A stretch of 64,000 nt of DNA from Anthoceros angustus (Eukaryota > Plantae > Anthocerotophyta), in the NCBI GenBank assembly GCA_010909165.1, contig MU008184.1, forward strand, positions 372,001-436,000, in the 5' to 3' direction. Positions 52,311 through 64,000 of the stretch are shown here, one piece after another (position 1 is the stretch's first letter; every line of letters starts with the position of its first letter). A program made the position numbers and the translations under genes. The notes under the pieces are model-generated. The model was given only the letters and a program-made list of their open reading frames with translations, did no database searches and had not been told where the DNA came from.

Positions 52311-52884
52311 CAAGTAGCCAATATATATAAGATTAACTCCTCGACATGTAATCACAGTAGCACTGCACTCAAAGCGCCAATATAATGAGCTTGTAATTGG
52401 ATAACATCCCTTATCTTCACCTCGATTCGAATGTGAAAATATCTTCCCAACCATTGGCTCATTCCATATAGCTTAAGAACGCATGTCACCCAAGATGTAC
52501 CATGCCTTGTCAATCTTCACTTTATCCTCAAAAGGTTCTATGCCTTCGGATCTTCAATTTATCCGCCAACGACGGCACATATTCCACCGAGGGTTTCAAC
52601 CCCTAGTTCTCGCCAACACAAAGATCCTCGGCTCCGGTCTTTAAATAATAAGTTCATATGCTCCCTTGATATATAAGGCTTAACATCTTGAGGATAGAGG
52701 AGCCCTAGCCAAGATCATTGCCCTCGATGACATAGCATAGAAGCTTTGTGATGGATATATGATATTTGAATATAGTGGAGCTCACATACATCAAGATTGA
52801 ATATATAGATACGCGAGCGAAGAGAGCACCGCCTCAGCAAACCACTCCCAAGATAGGTCCTACAGGAAGGAACACAACTCTCAC

Positions 52885-53020
52885 TGTGAAGGAGCACCAC
52901 CACTCTCCACGTGAAGGAACACCACCACTCTCCACTGGAAGGAACATCTATCTCCACAGGAAGGAGCACCACCACTCTCCACAGGAAGGAGCACCACCAC
53001 TCTCCACAGGAAGGAGCACC
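52885..53020. repeat. 25-bp tandem repeat (GGAAGGAGCACCACCACTCTCCACA) x~5
   Basis: Directly visible. Confidence 0.9.
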
Positions 53021-53567
53021 CGTATTACACAGCTATTAATCCTAGAATGGCCAACAACAACAAGAACAACGCTATTTATGTCTTATTATTCTTAGCGGAC
53101 ATTGTTCATTATTTATATCTTATTGTTCTTAGCAGACATTGTTCATTGTTCTTAGCGGACATTGTTAATTGTTCTTATCGGTTCAAAAATAAATCTCACA
53201 ACTTTTATTTTTGTTTGGGATTTTTTTATTATCATTTGTTGTAAAATAATTTTATACATCAAAGAGTTAATTATAATAGAAAATATAAGATAATATTTCA
53301 CAAATTCATAAATCAAATAACATATATTGGATTTAATTTGCTGCTTCAAAAATGATAATCAATACTATCAACTAATCAGTTATAACAAAACATATAAGAT
53401 AGTATTTCACAGGTTCACAAATCAGATTGTATAACAGTTTCAAATTGCCATCTCAAAAATGTACATGACAAGATATCACAGGAGTAGTATAAGCATCTGT
53501 AATTCATTGTCGCTAATCTAGATGATTCCTTCGACGGAAAAAAATGATTTTAGGCTTCTTCATATAT

Positions 53568-56340
<2,773 letters not shown>

Positions 56341-57956
56341 GCCAGCCTCACGGTCTGTTCTCAGCTTACACGGAGAGACCACCACAAGTACGACATGGCC
56401 AGCAAAAGAAAAAGCCAAAGCAGCAGCAACAGCTAGCACCTTCTATCAACCACAAATCAAGAGGCGAAGCTGGATCTAAAAACTGCCCCCGAAATTCAGC
56501 AACTACATCACTGGGCAGGCGTGCCCCGGCCTGGCTGGGCCCACTTCAAGGAAAGGGCCCAACGATCCGGGCCACACTCTGGGCGGAGAAGGAGTGCTCA
56601 ACTCCGCTTCCCGGATTCGCCATCGCGGGAACAACCGGAAGCAAAGCAAACCTGGATGCTGCTCAGGAATCTGCCAGCGGAGGGGAACGAGCTTGCGGTC
56701 AACCCTTCTAGCCATAGCGCGAGCGAATGCCGAGGCCGCTTCGTTCTGTAGGCCAAACTGCCTGAGCTGGGCTGGGGGCTGGGATGGGACATTCGCATAC
56801 AATCATGCACGCAATTCAGAGGCACAAACCGTTGCGAACCAATTCAAACCAGCTACACAAGCAACGCAAAAGCTGCTGAAAATGCACCAACCCCGTGCAA
56901 GGCCGGCAGACGCCGGCCGATTCCTCCGAGTGATCCCGGTAGCCAAGCCGGCGAGAAGAAGAGTACATACTAGCGTCCACCTGAACACCGTTCACACTAT
57001 GGACGATGTATATTCTACATTTTACTGACGCAGGTTTGCCTTCTAATGCAGTCTGTCGGGAATCAGGTCTAAGAACTATCCCACCATTAGGTATTACTTT
57101 CTCAGAAACCAGTGCCAAGCAACAATTAACGGAGCTTGGTCTCCGCGTTGGTGCAGCCAATATAGTATTCTCTCCTTCCTTCCCACCAGAAGACTTCTTC
57201 AAGCTGCCTACTACAGCGTTTCTCGGTGTTACCGCAGCTAATATGGTCTCTCTTTCCCAAGGAGGACTCCTTCAAGCTAACTACTACTTACTCCTCATCC
57301 ATCCTCTGGCCAGCGTCCATACTATGTACAACCTCTTGCACTCTTACCTTCAAAGACACTAATGCCAACAACCATGAGCGAAACTTGGTTTTATATGATA
57401 TACTTTCTTTCCAATTGGTACAACCTAGAAAAGACTCCTTCTGGAAGGTGTCTAAATTATTTTTTATCACAGGATTTTTAGTTCTGAGTTTACAAGTGTT
57501 GTTTGGTGTAAGAGCTCGACGCGGCTTCTCATGAAATCCTGGACTTCGATGTACACTTATGAAACATGTATACAATCTCCGAATTCGCTCAAAAACGAAG
57601 ATGGGCCCGCCACGGTCCAGCGCATGCCTGCATCTCCCACCATTCATAGCCTTAACATACAATCCATGAGGTTTTATACTCAGCAATGCATACGATGAAC
57701 TGTGAGCAATGGACTGGGGATCCCCGTAATACTCTTTTTCCGTTCACTCGTTGTTAGTTGAATACATCTTGTCCGTACATCGCGATTCAAAGTTTCAGCA
57801 ACCCGCGCGCTGCAGCAACATGGACGGGAACACCACTGCATCGGCGTTGGTCACTGCCGCTTCCACTTCATACTTCGTGTCCACCTAAGACGGGCTCTTC
57901 CTTGCAACAGTGGGCTCTTCCTGGTACAGATTTTCGTGTTGCGGAGGAGGGGACGC

Positions 57957-60900
57957 TGTGGAGATAGAACATCTCTAACCCACAAAGATAAACTAGGGTT
58001 AATTAGAAGTGTCGTTTCGATAACTTGATAAGTGAACAATTTTGTTATTCTTTGTAATGAATGCAAGAGTCAAGTCTCGAGTTTGTCTCGTTTCTTCTCT
58101 TTTCACTTGGTATCGAGCAGGCGTCTGAATGCATTGAGTGCACGCTTGTGATTGCAATGCTTAGCGTGTGTAGATGCTAATGATGCTGATGTCGCGCGTC
58201 GTCGCGTTGCTTGTTACTTCACATCTTTTTAAAAATGCCAGGAAGAAGGAACAACTGCGCACGGTGCGTGGCCCCTCCCGTCATGCGGGTTAGGGAGCAA
58301 TTCTATAGTAATCCTTTGGGGAACTGGACGCCTCCACAGCGCGATCAGGGCAGGGCAAACACCCATCTAAATTGGGCACCCTTGCCACGTGATCTGGGCA
58401 GGATAAATTTCAACCAGAGAAGGCAATTCCAGCGTTGAGAGAATCCTAATCTTTATAGAAACCAATCTGCAGCACGGGGGCAAGAAAGGCCTACCATTCC
58501 CATGCAATTGGATGCCCACCTCACCTCCAGGGTAATTGTTCAAGCCATCAATCAGATCAATGGTAGGATTGACACACTAATCTCCATGATTGAAAGCCAT
58601 CAACAACCAAGGGAACAAACCCTAATTTTACGGAGGGACCAAACCCCTCCACCTGCTGAAGTCTGAATCGTCGTGACCCTTCGAACCACAGGCCACACCT
58701 GCAGAGGAAGGTGCCTGTTGGTCAAAAAATGCAGGCAACACCTGCAGAGGAAGGTGTCTATTGGTCAAGCAATGGCTTCATGTGAAGCTTGGTAACCATC
58801 CAGGTTATTGGAAAAATCAAATCAAGGATGCCACGTACCTAGCAGGTAGTTGCTGTAGCCGGTGCTGTGAGGATCATAATCCCCACAGTCCACCTACAGG
58901 CATCAACAAGGCAGGTACAAGCACACTTGATCTTCCGCTGCAATGGCTTCTAATACATCCAACACAACTGGAGTCGATTATCGAGATCGATTCAATGGAA
59001 CCAAGTATAACATTTGGACAATACAGATGAAGTCTGCACTTGAATTTAAAGAGGTATGGCAGTACGTGGATGGCTCCTTACCTCGTCCCACACTAATCGG
59101 CTTTCACCTCTACGGCCACAACCAAAGACGGTGCCACCCAAGCTGATGTAGACCTCTGGAACCGTGGAGATAGAACTGCAAAGCATCTGATCATCAACGC
59201 TTTAGATGAAAGCATGATGGATCATGCTGCAGGATATGACACATCCAAAGAGATTTGGGATGGTCTGGCTAATCTCTACCAAGTTCAGAACGTCATGACC
59301 CTTGTAGAAGCAAGGATGAATTTTCAGTCCTTGTGTTTGAAAGAAAAGGAGAGTGTTTCAGGTTACCTAGGAAAATTTAGGTACCTCCGTTCACAGCTCT
59401 CACTCCGATCGGCTCTAAGATGACAGAGCTGGATGTCACACAACCGCCGCCGCCTCCCTCAAAGTTGGGAGAGTTTTGCTTCACAACAAACGGGCCTCTG
59501 AGCCTTCCATTGCCAGGCTGGGTGGATCTTCCACACTCACAATTGCAGGTCTATCAGCTTCAATGCTGCAAGAGGAGACCAGGAGAAGACTAAGCGCAGC
59601 CTCATCTTCAACTGTGATTTCTGACAAGGTGCTCATGGCTGAAAGGAAGCCTAAATGGAATAAGAAAGGAGGGCAGGGCAAGCCTGCTAGCAGTAGCTAC
59701 AACAAAGGTGATAAGAAGAAGAAGAAAGGAGCATGCAATTGGTGTCTAATTGAAGGGCATTGGGAGCGTGACTGCCGTAAGAAAAAGGCAGGTGAACCAC
59801 ACAGGAACAAGCCTCACGAAACACATGTTGCTGAATCGACAAGTAGGACTGTACCTTCAATCATGACAGTCTGCTTCCTTTCTACTCGTACATCATCCTC
59901 TTTGTGGTACTTGGACTCCGGAGCATCTGCTCACATATGCAACAACATGAGTTGCTTCATAACATTTGTCACCCTCGGGGCAAGTTGTTATAGTGGTTGA
60001 TGATGATCGATTCTTTGTGAAGGGCAAAGGACAATGATTTTACACACCTATGTAGGAACAGATTTACACCTACAGGATGTCCTCTATGTACCCTGCATGA
60101 CCAAAAACCTGGTTTCAGTCAAGGCCCTTACCTCTAACAACAATGTCACCTTCCTGTTTACGAGACAGGGCTGCAAGTTATTCCAGGGTGACACAACTGA
60201 TCAATGCATCGCTGAAGGAAAAGCGCATGATGACTTGTATGTATTACAACTCTTACCTGCGGGATATTGCACCACCCCGTCAGTGGGAGTAATGTTGCTT
60301 GTGTGGCGACTCTTTTCTTCGAGAACACTCTGTGGCACATGCGTTTTGGCCACATGAATCTCCCAAAACTTCTGCGTCACACACAGGCTGATTATTTTAG
60401 AACAGGTGAAGGTCTCCCCAAATTAGGGAAACAAATGCAAGTCTGTGAGTCTTGTGTTATGGGTAAGCACAAGCAGCTCCCCTTCACCAACAGTAACCCT
60501 ACAAGAGCAACCAGCCTGTTAGAATTGTTACACGCAGACATATGTGGACCGCTAAGTGAACCTTCACTAGGTGGAGCAGAGTATTACCTGGTCATCGTTG
60601 ATGATTACAGCAAGTTCACACACACCTATCCACTCAAGAGGAAAAGTGAAGCATTCACAATCTTCCGTGACTTCAAAACAATGGTGAATCACGAGGATCC
60701 AAAGTTCGCTACGGACGATAATGGGGTGAGTTCAGCTCCAATGCTTTTAAGGATCGTGTAAAGCTCATGGAATCATGCGTCAATACACGGTACCTTATAC
60801 ATCCCAACAGAATGGGATAGCTGAGAAGAAGATTGGAGACATTGCCAGCGCAGCAAGGACAATGCTCTATGCCTCCAATCTCCCCAAGCCCTATTGGGCA

Positions 60901-63900
60901 GAGGCTGCCGTAACAGCCACCGTCATGAACAGGATGCACACATCAGCAATTCCGTTAGGGACAACACCATTTGAGTTGTGGTATAAGAGAAAACCAGGAG
61001 TGGCTCACCTAAGAGTTTTCGGTTGCACTGCTTGGGCCCTTGTTCCCTTCAGGGAAGGCCTAAGTTAGCGGAAAGGGCAACCAAGCACATCTTCGCTTGC
61101 TATGGAGATCGTGAAGCATACAAACCGATTCTCCTCCACCCTTCAATCGACATATGCCGTGAGCGTTGTCTTCAACGAAGCTCCCGCCATGGAGCGTCTG
61201 GGAGTTTCAACTGCAATCAGAGACTCAAGCCAGCAGCCATCACGGGAATTTATCACTACAAAACTAGATTCGTTCATGGGAGGAGAAAGTTGATTCTCAC
61301 ACATATCCTGATGACGATAATTACGATGATGATGATGACAACCCGATCCCGATCGGATTCCAACTTCCCACTCCAGGTGTTTTCTCTGGTTTTCAACCGG
61401 CCTTCATTGATCACAGCCGTGATCCGGCTCACCGCAATTTCGGCTTGTATCCCCTTGCCCATGAACCAGCAGAACATGCCGATGCTGAGGAGGAGCTGCA
61501 AGACAGCGCGGCATTGCCACATTTGTCCCTTGCACCCGTGCCTCACGGACAGGGAGGCCGTCGCGATGAAGGGCAGGCCCCTGTCCACCGCCTCGACCCA
61601 GGCGAGGATGCAGATGCACACGCTGCTGATCCTCTCAGCGTTGCGCGTGTGGCAGCAGAATCTGTAGCACCCGGATATGGTAAACAGGGTGCACAAGACA
61701 TGGGCAAACCAGATCAAAGCTGGAGAGCGTGGGTGCCGCGAACCCCACATGAGCAGACGGGGCGCACTGGAAACGGGCCTGGGTCACCACCGGCTGCACT
61801 TGCCAGCCCTCGCGCTAGGGATTGCGTTGAACAAACTGCACATGACCTTTTTGCGCCGGCACAAGGTGGATCATCCCGCTCCGGCATTCAACAGGATGCA
61901 GGCCCGGTCCCTCAACGTCGCCAATCCACACGGGAGCGTCGGGCTCCCGTTCGTTGGTCACCTGAGCCCCCCGTATCTCGATCCCGTATACGTACACGGG
62001 CACTTACAGATATTTTGGCAGATACCAATGCTGGAAATTTGCCCGATAATGCAACTCCTGCTGAAGACAATATGGTTGATAATTCCATTAATGCTGATTT
62101 TTCTGCTTTTACTAATTCCACTTCAACTGATCCCAGGGCCCTCCTTGCACATGCTCTACTCACGGTTGATGGTGAACCGGCTACATATCGTGAGGCATTG
62201 GATGGACCCAATGGTGCTGAGTGGAAACTGCAATAGACAGTGAGTATAATTCCTTGCTTAAAAATCATATATGGGATTTAGTACAACTTCCTCCTGGTCT
62301 TAAACCCATTCTGTGTAAATGGGTCTTTAAGACTAAATTAAATGCTCACTGTTCTATTGAATGCTATAAAACTAGACTTGTTGCTAAGGGCTATAGTCAG
62401 GTAGTTGGCGTGGATTACCAAGAGACTTTTTCGCCGGTAGTTAAGACCCAATCCTTACGAGTACTTTTAGCCTTAGTCGCAGAATTGAATTTAGAGATCC
62501 ATCAGATGGATGTTTGCACTGCATTCTTATATGGAGAACCAGAGGAGGAAATTTATATGAGGCAGCCCGAGGGTTATGAAGCTGCTAATGCGGAGTTAGT
62601 TTGTAAGCTGCTGAAGTGCCTCTATGGCTTAAAACAGAGCGCTAATAAATGGTTTTATAAATGTGATGGTCGTCTTAAGTTTATTGGTTTTATTCAAAGC
62701 CATGCTGATAGTAATGTTTATTACCTTGCGGACGACTCTAACTTTATCATTTTAGCATTATATGTTGACGACATATGTTTGTTTGGCACTAGTATGCAAA
62801 TGATTAACTCCATGAAGGATATGTTAAGGGCCGAATTTGATATGAAGGATATTGGAGTTCTTCGATGGTGCCTCGGAATTCAAATTCTTCGTGATCGCCC
62901 TAATGACCGCATTTTTATGCATCAACAAAAGTATGTAAGGGAAATTCTTACCCGCTTTAATATGCAATCAGCTCGGCCCGTATCGACTCCAGGGGCAGTT
63001 GGTATTCGGTTATCTTCTGAGGATTGCCCACAATCTATTGCTGAGTGTGAGGACATGCTTTCTATTCCTTATGCTGCTTGTGTGGGATGTCTCCTCTATC
63101 TGGCTAACTGGACTCGGCCGGATATTATGTATGCTGTTAACAGTGCTGCTCAATACCTTCAGAATCCGGGCAGGAAACATTGGGTAGCTGTGAAGAGGAT
63201 CCTGAGGTATGTGAGTGGTACTTCAGCATACGGCATCTGCTATAGTTCCACAGGTCGCAAACAATTTGAGCTAAGTGGTTTTGTGGATGCCGATTGGGCC
63301 TCAGACGCCGATACGTGGAAAAGCATTTCCGCGTATTGCTTTAAGTTAGCCGGCGCCTCCGTAAGCTGGCGATGTAAGAAGAAAACAAGTCTTGCCTTAA
63401 GCTCTACAGAGGCGGAATATAAAGCTCTTACGGAAGCAAGTAAAGAGGCTGAGTGGCAACGCTCACTCTTAAGTGATATGAAATGGCCCCAGCCCCAGCC
63501 TACCCTGCTTAATTGTGACAATATGTCGGCTATTGCATTAGTCGCTAATCCTCGTTATCATGCTCGTACGAAGCTTATTGTGTTATATCATCACTATATT
63601 CATGATATTACTTCACGAGGAGTGGTGGTGGTTACTTATATAAATACGGAGGATAATACTGCCGATATATTTACTAAGTCACTCCTCTCTTATAAACATA
63701 ATAAACATAGAGAAGGACTAGGAGTAGTTGACGGCAGTGACATAATCACCTTAGCAGCTAAGGAGGCAAAGTTAACCACAAAATAACACCTTGCAAGCTT
63801 AAGTGGGAGCTACTCGAGTGACCAGAGTGGATGAATCAAATGTGTATTGGATCCAATCGTCTAGTCACTTAGTACGTAGTTCTATAAGCAGATCTTTGTG

Positions 63901-64000
63901 TGTCTAGAGCTGAGTGGGAGTGTGGAGATAGAACATCTCTAACCCATAAAGATAAACTAGGGTTAATTAGAAGTGTCGTTTCGATAACTTGATAAGTGAA
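57957..64000 (+). mobile_element. Ty1/Copia LTR retrotransposon, near full length; 3' LTR cut by the window end
   Basis: 5' LTR 57957-58105 (TG..CA, 149 bp). PBS TGGTATC(A)GAGC at ~58108. gag (FNGTKYNIW, CNWC...GHW..DC), protease WYLDSGAS, LWHMRFGH, integrase LHADICGP, RT YVDD, RNase H. PPT 63911-63920; 3' LTR from 63921. Confidence 0.97.
62221..63786 (+). CDS. Copia reverse transcriptase/RNase H (open frame)
   Basis: RLVAKGYSQ, QMDV.TAFL, LYGLKQ, LYVDD, DADWA, SSTEAEY, ADIFTK. Confidence 0.95.
   Translation: METAIDSEYNSLLKNHIWDLVQLPPGLKPILCKWVFKTKLNAHCSIECYKTRLVAKGYSQVVGVDYQETFSPVVKTQSLRVLLALVAELNLEIHQMDVCTAFLYGEPEEEIYMRQPEGYEAANAELVCKLLKCLYGLKQSANKWFYKCDGRLKFIGFIQSHADSNVYYLADDSNFIILALYVDDICLFGTSMQMINSMKDMLRAEFDMKDIGVLRWCLGIQILRDRPNDRIFMHQQKYVREILTRFNMQSARPVSTPGAVGIRLSSEDCPQSIAECEDMLSIPYAACVGCLLYLANWTRPDIMYAVNSAAQYLQNPGRKHWVAVKRILRYVSGTSAYGICYSSTGRKQFELSGFVDADWASDADTWKSISAYCFKLAGASVSWRCKKKTSLALSSTEAEYKALTEASKEAEWQRSLLSDMKWPQPQPTLLNCDNMSAIALVANPRYHARTKLIVLYHHYIHDITSRGVVVVTYINTEDNTADIFTKSLLSYKHNKHREGLGVVDGSDIITLAAKEAKLTTK

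Noticed and set aside
57050-57950. Minus-strand frames with FLGCTNW / YYIGCTN zinc-ribbon-like motifs
   Set aside because: The motifs are too short and the frames too broken for an assignment.

Overview
Eukaryotic nuclear DNA from a land plant. Compact genes with ~70-150 nt introns, PLS-class PPR remnants and a GH30 gene suggest a non-seed plant, possibly a hornwort (inference). Recognisable genes: PP4 catalytic subunit, Z-ISO, RbcX, 3-hydroxybutyryl-CoA dehydrogenase, an intronless coiled-coil/Ig-like protein, an RMI1/TDRD3-type OB-fold protein, a SAM methyltransferase, an intronless microbial-type GH30 (GH30_3-like endo-beta-1,6-glucanase) and two tandem GH1 beta-glucosidases. Accessory DNA includes: a duplicated PPR-remnant plus kelch-like unit (4.5-10.7 kb); an AT-rich island (16.6-24.9 kb) with a decayed intronless thymidine kinase, a decayed zinc-finger/AT-hook ORF, a solo LTR and repeats; a TE nest (43.9-53.5 kb) with Copia debris, an interrupted tRNA-Met pseudogene and an RT-deleted CRE-like non-LTR element; and a near-complete Copia element at the right end. 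The best candidates for new biology are the GH30+GH1 (+methyltransferase) module and the thymidine-kinase island. All calls come from reading the sequence and from remembered family motifs; no database search was run, and the boundaries of decayed features are approximate.
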